Below are positions 1-10,877 of a DNA stretch of 64,000 nt, in pieces; the stretch's first letter is position 1, and each line of letters opens with the position of its first letter. The translations under genes and the position numbers were made by a program. The stretch is from Candidatus Eiseniibacteriota bacterium (GTDB lineage Bacteria; Eisenbacteria; RBG-16-71-46), in contig CAVSAC010000012.1 in assembly GCA_963725865.1 (NCBI GenBank), positions 1,383,421-1,447,420 on the forward strand, in the 5' to 3' direction. The notes under the pieces were generated by a model that saw only the letters and a list, made by a program, of their open reading frames with translations, made no database searches and was not told where the DNA came from.

Positions 1-655
1 ACAGGAATTCGTCGCGCCGGGCGGCGGAGACGAACAGCATGCGCAGGTACTCGCGCAGGCTCTCCTGCCCCGCCGCGGTGTCGCCGAGCGCGTCCGCGAA
101 GTCGAGCCGCGACTGCCGGTCCACGCCCTCCGGGTAGATGTACTTGAAGATGAACTCGGTGTCGCTCCACTTGGGCGCGGCCGAGTCGACGATCATCAGG
201 TGCGCGACGTGGTCCGGGTGGCGGAGGGCGTAGGCCATCACGAGGTAGCCGCCCCACGAGTGCCCGAGCAGGTCGATGCGCGCCGCGCCGAGATCCGCGC
301 GGACCGCGTCGAGGTCGGCGATCTGGTCGGCGAGCGTGCACGACTGCCCGCTCGCGAGCGCGCCGGAGCGGCCGTTGCCGCGCTGGTCGTAGAACACCAC
401 CCGACGCCTGCGCGCCAGGCTGTCCCAGGCGTCGGAGCACAGCACGTAGGTGTGATCGAAGCCCGGACCGCCGTTCACCATCACCAGCGGGCGGCCGCCA
501 GCGGCGCCCCGCACCTCGTACCAGAGAGTCGCGCCCGGGGCGTGAATCACCTTCCCCGGTCCGCTCGGCACCGCCGGGCGGGCCTCGGCGGTGCCGAGCG
601 TGATCATCGTCAGCAGCAGGACCGACAGGATCGGGGTCCGTGGATGGATGCGCAT
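1..655 (-). CDS. Secreted alpha/beta hydrolase, proline iminopeptidase (S33)-like; runs off the window start
   Basis: Not in the ORF track; translated by hand from ATG at 655: MRIHPRTPILSVLLLTMITLGTAEA signal-like N-terminus, VNGGPG, YDQRGNGRS and nucleophile motif GHSWGG. Confidence 0.85.
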   Translation of the reverse strand, partial: MRIHPRTPILSVLLLTMITLGTAEARPAVPSGPGKVIHAPGATLWYEVRGAAGGRPLVMVNGGPGFDHTYVLCSDAWDSLARRRRVVFYDQRGNGRSGALASGQSCTLADQIADLDAVRADLGAARIDLLGHSWGGYLVMAYALRHPDHVAHLMIVDSAAPKWSDTEFIFKYIYPEGVDRQSRLDFADALGDTAAGQESLREYLRMLFVSAARRDEFL

Positions 656-755
656 CGCGTTCTCTCTCGGGGTGGGGCGCCAGCTGCTCGCGGCCGGGAA
701 CGGCAGGACGCTACCTCGGAAGCCGCGGCTCGACCAGCGCGGATCGCGCGGGCGT

Positions 756-2627
756 TCAGTCGAGCAGCGCCTGGATGCGCCGCTCGGCCTCGGCGTGCAG
801 GCTCGGCGGCGCTCCGTAGTAGGTCGCGGCGATCGCCCCGGTGCGGTCGAACAGCAGCAGCGTCGGCAGGGCACTGACGTCACCGAACCGTCGCGCCACC
901 TCGGGCGTGGCCATCGCCCAGGCCACGGGCAGGTCGAGCTGGCGAACGACGTCGCGGACGCCGCGCTCGTCCGACTGCACCGCGAGCGCGAGCACGGCGA
1001 GGCGGTCGCCGTGGCGGCGGCGGAGCTCGCCCAGCCACCGGAGCGTTCCGCGGCACGGCGGACACCACGTGGCCCAGAACTCCACCAGCACCACCCGCCC
1101 CGCCAGCGAGTCGCCCGAGATCGTCCGGCCCTGCAGGTCCGTGAGCGCGAACGCGGGCAGCCGCGAGACCCCGCCGCCGGACTCCGATGGCGCCGCGGCC
1201 CGGGCGCGCGTCCGCTGGCCGGCGAGCACCAGGTCGATCATGCGGACGAGGTCGGCACGCAGGCGCTCGTGGCTCGCGGCGCTGCGGAAGGGCGCGTAGC
1301 GGGCGGTGTCGGCTCCCTCCCCGCGGCCGAAGAACCCGAAGTCCTTCGGTGTCGCCGCGAGGATGTCGTCGACGAAGATCGCCGGATAGCGCTTCACGCC
1401 GAAGCGCTCGGCGAGGGCCGAGCGCCCATAGTCCTCCGACACGAAGCGCGCCCGCCCTCCGTATCCCGCCACCACGCTCTCGGCCAGCAAACTTGCCGGG
1501 TCGGAGAGGTTTCAGGTGTAGGGCCAGCGCACCAGCGTGACGGTCACCTCGGGGGCCGGCCGCGCGGGCGCCGGCGCCGCCGGCTCGAGCGCGGCGAAGT
1601 AGTGCGGCAGCACGTCGGTCACGATCGCCGCCGCGGTCGCGGCGGTCGCCCCCGGCGCCGCGGACTCGGCGTCGGCGTGGGCGATCTCGAGCAGCATGCG
1701 CGCGAGGGTGTGATCGCGGCCGTCGGCCCGCAGGCGCGCGTCGGCGGCCGCGAGCGCATGCGCGAGCGCAACCGAGTCGAGTACCGCGACCGGCGTGCGC
1801 AGCGGCGCGAAGCGCACCCGCGCCTGCAGGTAGCGCAGCAGCGCCCCGCGGTGGAGCCCGGCGGCGGCGAGTGCGCGCGCCTCGTTGAGGGCGGAGTGCG
1901 CGACGATGAACTCCGCGTGGTGATCGATCGACAACGGCGGTCGGTAGGCCGCCAGCATCTCGCGTCCGAGCGAGTCGAGCTCGGGGGCGATCGAGCGGAA
2001 TGCCGGCTCGGGCCCCGGGGTCGGCTCGCGGAGGCCGCGCAGGAACGCGACGAAGTCCTCCATGGCCTGCGCCGCGCCGAGGTAGAACGCGCCGTACTCG
2101 GGGCTGGTGCTGTTTCCGTAGTCGAGGCTGGCGTCGTGGAAGCCGCGCACCTGGGACAGCGACGCCTCGGCCAGCGCGCGGACGGCCGCGGGCCGGACGC
2201 CGTCCAGCGCGGCCGGCGCCACCGTGCCGAGCTGCGCGTGGAGCGAGGTGGCCTGGCGCGACCAGGCGAGGGCCAGCGCCGCCGAGTCGAGCGGCCCGCG
2301 CGCGCGCAGCGCCTCGGCGTAGCGGATCCCCGCGAGGTTCGCGTAGACCGCCGCGAGCCGGCTGAGCGCCATCAGCCGCCGGCCCCGGCCGACCGCCGCG
2401 CGCGCGGACGCGAGCGCCGGCGCGCTCCCGTCGCGCACCTGGGCCCAGTCGGCGTCCCCGGCCGGATGCTGCGTGACGAACGTGGACCAGCGCGCCAGCT
2501 CGTCCGCCAGCGGATCGCGCGCCTCGCTCGCGCGGCGGGCCGCGAACGACAGCACCGCGAGCGCAGCCGCCACCAGCGCGCCGAGGGTCGCGAATCGCAG
2601 GACGAGGCTGCGTCGATTCGGGCTCAC
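756..2627 (-). CDS. Probable selenoprotein with two thioredoxin folds (UxxS domain plus TlpA-like CPPC domain); in-frame TGA at 1512-1514 read as Sec
   Basis: Track ORFs 1512..2927 and 756..1490 are in the same frame, joined by 7 sense codons: VTVTLVRWPYT-TGA-NLSDPASLLAE. The downstream part has YPA (cis-Pro-like) and FWATWCPPC...LPT. A SECIS-like hairpin follows the TGA. GTG start at 2627 precedes a hydrophobic signal/anchor. Confidence 0.75.
1477..1511 (-). promoter_or_regulatory. Bacterial SECIS-like hairpin
   Basis: RNA after UGA: AAC-CUCUC-CGAC-CCGGCA-AGUU-UGCUGG-CC-GAGAG. Lower stem CUCUC/GAGAG, upper stem CCGGCA/UGCUGG, 4-nt apical loop AGUU starting 19 nt after the UGA with G at loop position 2 followed by U. 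Confidence 0.65.
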
Positions 2628-2838
2628 CCGATGACCCTCGCACGGCCTCCCCCGCCACTCCAGTTCGCGGTGCCGAGCGCGGCGGCATCGCGAGCGAGCG
2701 ACGCCGGTGACGCCCCGGCACGCGTTGGTCGACCGGGATCCAGAGGCGTCTTCGGCGGTCGGCGGGACTCGGCTAGGATTCCGCGCGAGTTCGCCGCCTC
2801 CCAGCGCGGGAGGCACGACCGCAGCCGACGAGGACACC

Positions 2839-4938
2839 ATGAATCCCACGCGCAACGCGTTCGTGATCGCCGCCCTGCTGATCGCCATTGTGCCGCTCGC
2901 GCGCGCCGCGGAGCCGCGCGCGTTCACGATCGCCGACTTCTATCGCCTGAAGGAGGTCGAGGACCCGCGCGTCTCGCCGGACGGGCGCACGATCGCTTAC
3001 GTGGTCCGCACCCGCGACCTCGCGAAGGCGGCCCGGATCGCGCGCATCTGGCTGATGGATGCCGACGGCTCGAACGTGCGACCGCTGACGTCCGGTGAGA
3101 AGAGCGACGCCGCGCCGCGATGGTCGCCCGACGGACGCACGATCGCGTTCGTCTCGGACCGCTCGGGATCCGCGCAGCTGTGGCGGATCGCCGTGGGCGG
3201 CGGCGAGGCGACCGCGCTGACCCACCTCGCCACCGAGGTGGCGGAGCCAGTGTGGTCGCCGGCCGGCGATCGGATCGCGTTCACGTCCGACGTCTACCCG
3301 GAATGCGGTGCCGCCGACTCGTGCAACCAGGCCATCCTCAGGCGGCTCGAGGAAGGCAAGCTCAAAGCGCACGTTGCCGATCACCTGCTCTATCGGCACT
3401 GGACCGAGTGGAAGGACGGCAAGCGCACCCACATCCTGGTCCTCGAGGTGGCGAGCGGCGCGGTGCGCGACCTGACGCCGGGCGACTTCGACGCGCCGGT
3501 GTTCAGCGCCAGCGGTCCCGCCGACTTCGCATTCTCACCCGACGGCCGGGAACTGTGCTTCGCGTCCAATCACGATGCCGAGCCCGCCCGCTCCACGAAC
3601 TCCGACCTGTGGATCGTGCCCGCGGACGGCGGACCGCCGCGCAACCTGACGGCCGCCAACCGCGCCTACGATGGCACTCCGCGTTACTCGCCCGATGGCC
3701 GCTGGATCGCGTTCCGAGCCCAGCGCCAGCCGGGCCACGAGTCGGATCGCTTCCGGATCGCGCTGCTCGACCGCGCGAGCGGCGCGGTCCGCTCCTTGAC
3801 GGAGGGGTTCGACTACTGGGTCGGCGATCTGCAGTGGGCCCCCGATTCCAGGCGCGTTCTGTTCACCGCCGACTGGAAGGCACGCGTGCCGCTGTTCGCG
3901 GTCGACCTGGTGGGCACGGTGACGGCGACGCCGCTCGTGGAGGTCGGCACCATCGACGCGTTCGACGTGGCGCCGGGCGGCGAGTGGGCCGCGCTCGCGC
4001 GGCGCGGAATCGGCCAGCCGTGGGAAGTCGTCCGGGCCCCGCTCGCCGGCGGCGCGCCGCAACGCCTGACGTTCGAGAACCAGGCGGTCGAGCAGGAGGT
4101 CGACATCCGGCCGGCGGAGTCGATCGAGGTGGCGGGAGCCGACGGCCACCCGGTGCAGGTGTACATCGTGAAGCCCCACGGCTTCGATTCGAGCCGCAAG
4201 TACCCGCTCATTCTCAACGTGCACGGCGGACCCCAGAGCCAGTGGTCCGACTCGTTCCGCGGCGACTGGCAGGTCTACCCGGGCGCCGGCTACGTCGAGG
4301 CGTTCCCGAACCCGCACGGCTCGACCGGCTTCGGGCAGGCGTACACCGACGCCATCTCGCGCGACTACACCGGCCGCGTGATGCAGGACCTCGAGCGGGT
4401 CACGGACGCGCTCGCGAAGCTCCCGTACGTCGACGCGGATCGCATGGGCGCGATGGGCTGGTCGTGGGGCGGATACGCGATGATGTGGTTCGAGGGGCAC
4501 CGCACGCGTTTCCGCTGCCTGGCCTCGATGATGGGACTGTACGACCTCGACGCGTTCTACGGGGCGACCGAGGAGCTGTGGTATCCCGCCTGGGACCTCG
4601 GTGGCGAGCCCTGGAACTCCTCGCTCTACCACCGCGATTCGCCCGCACGGTTCGCGAAGGACTTCAAGACGCCGTGCCTGGTGCTCACCGGCGAGCGGGA
4701 CTTCCGCGTCCCCTACACCCAATCGCTCGCGTTCTTCACCGCGCTCCAGAGGATGAAGGTGCCGTCGCGGCTGATCGTGTTCGAGAAGGCGGGCCACTGG
4801 CCGGCTTGGTACGAGATGGCGCTCTACTACAACGCGCACCTCGAGTGGTTCCACACCTACCTCGGCGGGGCGTCCGCGCCCTGGAACTCGGTCGAGATGG
4901 CGCGCAACGGCACTCCGTTCGAGACCGCCAGGCCGTGA
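2839..4938 (+). CDS. S9 family (prolyl oligopeptidase/acylaminoacyl/dipeptidyl peptidase) secreted peptidase
   Basis: Signal peptide, repeated PD40-like WSPDG motifs, VHGGP, nucleophile GWSWGG, D-x-R-V-P and GHW catalytic motifs. Start taken at ATG 2839 after GAGGA. Confidence 0.92.
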   Translation: MNPTRNAFVIAALLIAIVPLARAAEPRAFTIADFYRLKEVEDPRVSPDGRTIAYVVRTRDLAKAARIARIWLMDADGSNVRPLTSGEKSDAAPRWSPDGRTIAFVSDRSGSAQLWRIAVGGGEATALTHLATEVAEPVWSPAGDRIAFTSDVYPECGAADSCNQAILRRLEEGKLKAHVADHLLYRHWTEWKDGKRTHILVLEVASGAVRDLTPGDFDAPVFSASGPADFAFSPDGRELCFASNHDAEPARSTNSDLWIVPADGGPPRNLTAANRAYDGTPRYSPDGRWIAFRAQRQPGHESDRFRIALLDRASGAVRSLTEGFDYWVGDLQWAPDSRRVLFTADWKARVPLFAVDLVGTVTATPLVEVGTIDAFDVAPGGEWAALARRGIGQPWEVVRAPLAGGAPQRLTFENQAVEQEVDIRPAESIEVAGADGHPVQVYIVKPHGFDSSRKYPLILNVHGGPQSQWSDSFRGDWQVYPGAGYVEAFPNPHGSTGFGQAYTDAISRDYTGRVMQDLERVTDALAKLPYVDADRMGAMGWSWGGYAMMWFEGHRTRFRCLASMMGLYDLDAFYGATEELWYPAWDLGGEPWNSSLYHRDSPARFAKDFKTPCLVLTGERDFRVPYTQSLAFFTALQRMKVPSRLIVFEKAGHWPAWYEMALYYNAHLEWFHTYLGGASAPWNSVEMARNGTPFETARP

Positions 4939-5046
4939 GGTCGGACCGGAGCCGCCCCGCGGGTCGGTGAGGTCCGGGACTCCGCGCGTGGCGTGCCGGC
5001 ACGGCCGCGCGGGCCGCGTCGGCGCGGGGTCTCCGCCGGTCGCTGG

Positions 5047-7194
5047 TCAGCCGAGGTCGCGCGCGAGGATCGGCGAACGGCGCAGGCGGCGGCCGGTGGC
5101 GGCGAACACCGCGTTGTGGACGGCCGCCGCCACCGGCGAGACGCACTGCTCGCCGACGCCCAGCGGCGGCAGCGCGCTGGGCGCGAGGATCACCTCGACG
5201 CGCGGCATCTCGCCCATCTCGAGCACCGGGAAGTCCGCGTAGCTCGCCTGCTCGGCGCGGCCGTCCGCGAACGTGACCTCGCCCTTGATCGCCGCGCTCA
5301 GCCCCCACGCGATGGCGCTCTCGACCTGCCCCGCCACGCCGAGCGGGTTCACGACCCGACCACAATCCAGCGCGCACACCAGCCGGTGCACACGCACGCC
5401 GCGCTCGCGCGATGCGGAGACCTCGGCGACCTGGGCGATCACGGTCTCGCCGTCGTAGACGTTGCCGGCGATGCCGAGCCCGTGCCCGGGCGCGACCGGA
5501 CGGCCCCAGCCCGCGCGTTCCGCCGCCAGCCGCAGCACCTGGACAAGGCGCGCGCGATTCGGATCGCCGGGCTCGCCCAGCAGCGCCAGCCGCAGGGCGA
5601 GCGGGTCGTGACCGCCCGCGGCGGCGAGTTCGTCGAGGAAGCACTCGCGCGCCAGCACGCCGGGCGGATAATGCACCGCGCGCCATGGACCGGTCGGCAC
5701 CGGCGCGCGCTGCGTCACGTGCGCCACGCGGAGGTTGGGCAGCCGATAGGGATTGTCGAAGCCGCCCCACATCAGATCGCGCGCCAGGTCCGCGCTGGGC
5801 GTCGGCTCGCTGAACGCCGAGTGCGGCACGCCGGCCATGGTGTGCGTCCAGGCCACGATCCCGCCGGCGGCGTCGAGCCCGCCCGTCATCCGGTGCACGG
5901 AGCCCGGCTGGTAGTAGCCGAAGCGCAGGTCGTCGGCGCGCGTCCACAGCACCTGGACCGGCCCGTTGCCGGCGCGCGCCACCTCGAGTGCCTCGAGCGC
6001 CATGTCCACGCCCAGCCGCCGGCCGAACCCGCCCCCCATCAGCTGCGGGTGCACGCGCACGCGCTCGAGCGGGACGCCGAGCCGGCTCGCCAGCGCCTCC
6101 TGCACCTGGTTGGCCGCCTGCGTGCCGAGCCACAGCTCGCAGCCGCCGTCGGCGCTGAGCGCACAGGTCGCGTTCATCGGCTCGAGCGGCGCGTGCACCT
6201 GGAATCCGTAGATGTAGACCGCCTCGACACGCTGGGCGGCGCCGGCGAGGGCCCCGTGCGGGTCGCCCTCGGCACGGGCCTCCCAGCCGGGCTCGCGGCT
6301 GGCCTCCTCGAGGCTGTTCAGGAACGCGCGCGAGTCGAACGGCGCGCCGGCCGCCCGCTCCCACTCGATGCGCAGCAGCTCGCGCGCGCGCTGCGCCGAC
6401 CACGAATCGTCGGCGATCACCGCGACGCCGCTGGGCACCTGCACCACCTGGCGCACGCCGGGCACCGCGCGCGCGGCGGCGGCGTCGAACGAGCGCACCC
6501 GCGCGCCGAGTGCGGGCCCGCGCTCGATGCTGGCGAAGCGCAGGCCCGGCACGCGCACGTCGACTCCGAAGCCCGCCTGCCCGGTGACGATCGCCACTCC
6601 GTCGCGGCGCGGCATCGGCTGGCCGACGATGCGGAAGCGCGCGGGGTCCTTGAGCGCCGGCCGCGCGGGCGGCTCGAGCGCCGCGGCGGCCGCGACCAGC
6701 TCGCCGTAGCCCAGGCGCCGCCGGCTGGGGGCGTGCACGACGGCGCCCGACTCCGTGGTGCACTCGGCGGGCGCCACGTTCCAGCGGGCGGCCGCGGCGC
6801 GCACCAGCATGTCGCGCGCGGCGGCGCCGGCGTGGCGCAGCGGCTCCCAGCCGCCACCCACGCTCCAGCTGCCCGAGGTGCGCATGTTCGGATAGCGCGT
6901 GCCGGGTTCGGCGTTCACGACCGCGACGTCCTTCCAGTCGCAGTCCAGCTCCTCGGCCACGATCATCGGCAGCGAGGTGCGCACGCCCTGGCCCATCTCA
7001 CCGCGCGCCACCATCACCGTGACGCGTCCGCCGGCGTCGATCGCGAGCCACGGATTGGGCGCGAAACGCGACGCCGGCTGCCCGGCCGCCGCCGCAGCGC
7101 GGCGCACCACCCGTCCGCCCGGCAGCGCCTCGAGCACCAGCGCCGCGCCGGCGAGCGCCCCCGCGCGCAGCACCGCGCGCCGGGTCGGGCTCAT
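5047..7194 (-). CDS. iorB: Isoquinoline 1-oxidoreductase beta-like molybdopterin-binding subunit (xanthine dehydrogenase family)
   Basis: Tat-like TRRAVL N-terminus, EMGQG..TSL..IVAEEL, GGGFGRR, DCGRVVNP, GVGE motifs; GGAGG RBS before ATG 7194. Confidence 0.88.
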   Translation of the reverse strand: MSPTRRAVLRAGALAGAALVLEALPGGRVVRRAAAAAGQPASRFAPNPWLAIDAGGRVTVMVARGEMGQGVRTSLPMIVAEELDCDWKDVAVVNAEPGTRYPNMRTSGSWSVGGGWEPLRHAGAAARDMLVRAAAARWNVAPAECTTESGAVVHAPSRRRLGYGELVAAAAALEPPARPALKDPARFRIVGQPMPRRDGVAIVTGQAGFGVDVRVPGLRFASIERGPALGARVRSFDAAAARAVPGVRQVVQVPSGVAVIADDSWSAQRARELLRIEWERAAGAPFDSRAFLNSLEEASREPGWEARAEGDPHGALAGAAQRVEAVYIYGFQVHAPLEPMNATCALSADGGCELWLGTQAANQVQEALASRLGVPLERVRVHPQLMGGGFGRRLGVDMALEALEVARAGNGPVQVLWTRADDLRFGYYQPGSVHRMTGGLDAAGGIVAWTHTMAGVPHSAFSEPTPSADLARDLMWGGFDNPYRLPNLRVAHVTQRAPVPTGPWRAVHYPPGVLARECFLDELAAAGGHDPLALRLALLGEPGDPNRARLVQVLRLAAERAGWGRPVAPGHGLGIAGNVYDGETVIAQVAEVSASRERGVRVHRLVCALDCGRVVNPLGVAGQVESAIAWGLSAAIKGEVTFADGRAEQASYADFPVLEMGEMPRVEVILAPSALPPLGVGEQCVSPVAAAVHNAVFAATGRRLRRSPILARDLG

Positions 7195-7231
7195 GTCGGG
7201 CCTCCGCCCGGACGCCTCGGCGCGCCGCGGC

Positions 7232-7696
<465 letters not shown>

Positions 7697-7706
7697 CCCG
7701 CGGTGC

Positions 7707-9752
7707 TCACCAGATCCGGACCCGCACCGAATCCGCGCGATACATGGCGTCGCCCGGCTTCACGCCGAACGCCTGGTAGAACTGCGGCAGGTTCGAGACC
7801 GGCCCCGTCACGCGCAGGAAGCTCGGCGCGTGCACGTCGGTCTTCACGCGCACCGCGAGGTTCTCCGGGCGCAGCTGGTTCATCCAGCCGAGCGACCAGC
7901 CGACGAAGTAGCGCTGCGCGGGCGTGAGGCCGCCGAGCGGCTTGCCCTGCCGGTACTGCGCGGTCTTGGTGAACGCATCCCAGCCGAGCAGCATGCCGCC
8001 GAGATCCGCGATGTTCTCGCCCTGCGTCGCCTTGCCGTTCACGTGCAGGTCGCCGACCGCCACGTACTGGTCGAACTGTCGCACGATCCCCGCCGCGCGC
8101 CGATTGAACTCCTGCTCGTCGGCGGGCGACCACCAGTTCTCGAGGTTGCCGCGCTCGTCGAACTGGCGGCCCTCGTCGTCGAAGCCGTGAGTGATCTCGT
8201 GCCCGATCGTGGTGCCACCCGCGTAGGCGTAGACCACCGCGTCGTCCACCAGCGAATCGGCGATGCCGGGCAGGATGAAGATCGCGGCCGGCAGCACGAT
8301 CTCGTTGTTCGATGGGTTGTAGTACGCGTTGTACGTCTGCGGCGTCATGGTCCATTCGGTGCGGTCGACCGGCTTGTAGAGCTTCGCGATCTGGTAGTCG
8401 GCTCTCCAGATGTTCCCCTTGAGGCAGTTGCCGAGGAACGAGCCCCGATCCACCGCGTAGCTCGAGTAGTCGCGCCAGTGCTCCGGATAGCCGACCTTCT
8501 TGGTGACGGATTCCAGCTTGCGCAGCGCGCGCTGCTTGGTGGGCTCGCTCATCCAGTCGAGCGCCTGGATGCGGTCGCGGAACGCGGCGAAGATCTCGTC
8601 CGTGAGCCGGACGTAGCGCTCCTTGGTGCGGGGCGAGAAGTACTGCTGGACGTAGAGCTGCCCGAGCGCGTCGCCGAGGTAGCCCTCCTCCTCGTCGAGC
8701 ATCCGCTTCCAGCGCGGACGCTGCTCCGGCGTGCCGTTGAGGATGGTGCCGAAGAAATGGAAGTTCTCGTCGTCGAAGCGCCCGCCGGCCTCGGCCGCGA
8801 ACGCGCTCGCGAGGTGCCAGCGCAGGTAGGCCTTCCACTCGTCGAGCCCGTGCGTGGCGAGCGACTTCTCGACCTGCTGGAGGAACTCGGGCTGCCCGAC
8901 GACGACGCTGTCGAGCCCTCGGACGTGGCCCTGTTCGAGGAAGTCGCGCCAGCGGATCGAAGGCGTGAGGTTCGAGACGGCGTCGATCGACATCGCGTTG
9001 TAGTTCGCCTGCGGGTCGCGCAGGTCTTCGAGCTTGCGCGACGCTCCCGCCAGCTCGGTCTCGATGGTCATCACGGTGCGTGCGTGGGTCGGCGCCACTG
9101 TCGCGTCGTCGCCGAGCAGCTCGAACATGCGGCCGACGTGCGCTTCGTACTCGCGCCGCAGCATGGTCGAGCGCTCGTCGGTGTCGAAGTAGTAGTCGCG
9201 ATTCGGCAGCCCCAGCCCGCCCTGGTACAGGTGCATCACGTAGCGGTCGCTCTTCTTCTCGTCCTGGAAGATCGCCGGCGAGCACAGCACGTCCACGCCG
9301 ATGTACTGGAGGTGCGCGATGGTCTCCAGCAGTCCCCGGCTGTCGCGGACGGCGGCGATCCGCGCGAACTCGTCGGCCAGCGGCGTCATCCCCTGCCGGG
9401 CGATCGTCGCGGTGTCCATGCCGGCGTACCAGAAGTCGCCGATCTTCTGCGCGTTGGCGCCCCGGGGCGCGCGCGCATCCCGTGCGGCCGACTCGCTGAT
9501 CGCCAGCAGCCGCCGGTAGGTCTCCTCCTGGACGACGTGCGAGATCCCCCACGAGCGCTCACTCGGCGGGATCGGATGCTGGCGCAGCCAGCGGCCCACC
9601 GAATAGTGGAAGAAGTCCGCGCGCGGCGACACCGCCGGGTCCACGAACTGGGCCAGGTAGTGGGCCGCGTCGGTCGGAGCGGTGCGCGGCGCGGGCGCCG
9701 CCGCGGTGAGGAGCAGGCCGATCGGCAGGAGCAGGACGAACGAGCGCTTCAT
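7707..9752 (-). CDS. M13 family (neprilysin/PepO-like) secreted zinc metallopeptidase
   Basis: Signal peptide, NAYY, HEITHGFDD, GENIAD motifs. Confidence 0.93.
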   Translation of the reverse strand: MKRSFVLLLPIGLLLTAAAPAPRTAPTDAAHYLAQFVDPAVSPRADFFHYSVGRWLRQHPIPPSERSWGISHVVQEETYRRLLAISESAARDARAPRGANAQKIGDFWYAGMDTATIARQGMTPLADEFARIAAVRDSRGLLETIAHLQYIGVDVLCSPAIFQDEKKSDRYVMHLYQGGLGLPNRDYYFDTDERSTMLRREYEAHVGRMFELLGDDATVAPTHARTVMTIETELAGASRKLEDLRDPQANYNAMSIDAVSNLTPSIRWRDFLEQGHVRGLDSVVVGQPEFLQQVEKSLATHGLDEWKAYLRWHLASAFAAEAGGRFDDENFHFFGTILNGTPEQRPRWKRMLDEEEGYLGDALGQLYVQQYFSPRTKERYVRLTDEIFAAFRDRIQALDWMSEPTKQRALRKLESVTKKVGYPEHWRDYSSYAVDRGSFLGNCLKGNIWRADYQIAKLYKPVDRTEWTMTPQTYNAYYNPSNNEIVLPAAIFILPGIADSLVDDAVVYAYAGGTTIGHEITHGFDDEGRQFDERGNLENWWSPADEQEFNRRAAGIVRQFDQYVAVGDLHVNGKATQGENIADLGGMLLGWDAFTKTAQYRQGKPLGGLTPAQRYFVGWSLGWMNQLRPENLAVRVKTDVHAPSFLRVTGPVSNLPQFYQAFGVKPGDAMYRADSVRVRIW

Positions 9753-9956
9753 GGCGTGGAGTCCCGGGGTGGAAGGTGCTGCGGGAGCATGGACCGCGCG
9801 CAGAATCGGGGAAGCCGAGGGAAAAAGCCAGCGCGGACGCCGCGGACGGCGACGAGCGCGGCGGTCATGCGGCCGAGCGCTGAGGGCGCCCCGGCGACGA
9901 ATGGCCGGACCGCGCCGACGGCGTCCTCCCCCGCTGCCGCGCAGGCGCTCCGCGCG

Positions 9957-10877
9957 TCAGCCGGTGAAGCGCCCGGCGTGCCCGGAGCCGGTGCCGTCCG
10001 GAAGCAGCGGGGAGCGGCGCAGCCCGATGCGGCGCAGCGCGCGGCCGATCGCCTTGCGGAGCGCGCGGCGCGCATGGCGCGAGAGGAAGCCGGCCAGGGT
10101 CGCATGCAGCGCGAGCTTCTCCGCCGCCGGGATCGCGGCGCGCGCGACCATCTCCGCCGCGTCGAGCGTGACCGCGGTCCACGAGCGCAGCCCGAAGTCC
10201 CAACTGCGCGACAGGCTCCGCGCCAGGTAGATCTTCGTGCAGAGCCGCTCGGGAACCCGCACGAAGTTGCCGAGCAGGCTCAGCTGCAGCAGCCACGGCC
10301 AGTCCGCCGAGAATTCCCCCGCGCGATGGCGGCGCAGGCCCCCGATGGTGCGCGCCGCGGCGGCGCGGAACACTCCGCGGTTCGGGATCCACCACGAGCC
10401 CTGCTGACACGCCACCCGGCGCGCCCGCCGCAGCCGGTCGTTCACGCCGTCGAGCACGGCGTAGGACTTGGTCTCGTGCGTGCCGTCCTGGTTCACGAGT
10501 TCGATGTCCGAGAACGCCAGCACGGCGTCCGGATCCGCCTGGAGCGCCCGCACGCAGCGCTCGACGTAGGTGGGCGCGGGCAGGTCGTCCTGGAACGCGA
10601 ACAGGAACAGGTCCCCGCGCGCCTCGTGCAGCAGCGCGTTCACGTTGCCGACCCAGCCCAGGTTGTGGGGCTGACGGATCACGCGGAACCGAGGATCGCC
10701 GGCGGCGGTGTGCTGGCAGATCGCGGCGGTGTCGTCGGGCGAGGCATCGTCGGAGACGAGGATCTCGAACTGGGGCCACGTCTGGGCGGCGAGCGCCGCG
10801 AGCGTCTCCGCTATGAATGCGGACGCCCGCCAGGTCGGAACGAGCGCGACCACGCGCGGCGGGGCTTCCAGGCTCAC
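9957..10877 (-). CDS. Glycosyltransferase family 2
   Basis: VVALVPTW, ILVSDDASPDDT, NLGWVGNVN, FQDD. GTG start overlaps the upstream stop (GTGA). Confidence 0.85.
   Translation of the reverse strand: MSLEAPPRVVALVPTWRASAFIAETLAALAAQTWPQFEILVSDDASPDDTAAICQHTAAGDPRFRVIRQPHNLGWVGNVNALLHEARGDLFLFAFQDDLPAPTYVERCVRALQADPDAVLAFSDIELVNQDGTHETKSYAVLDGVNDRLRRARRVACQQGSWWIPNRGVFRAAAARTIGGLRRHRAGEFSADWPWLLQLSLLGNFVRVPERLCTKIYLARSLSRSWDFGLRSWTAVTLDAAEMVARAAIPAAEKLALHATLAGFLSRHARRALRKAIGRALRRIGLRRSPLLPDGTGSGHAGRFTG

Noticed and set aside
756..1490. Stand-alone TlpA gene starting at TTG 1490
   Set aside because: No SD, the start lies inside the hairpin and in the middle of a thioredoxin fold; read-through from the upstream ORF explains the sequence better.
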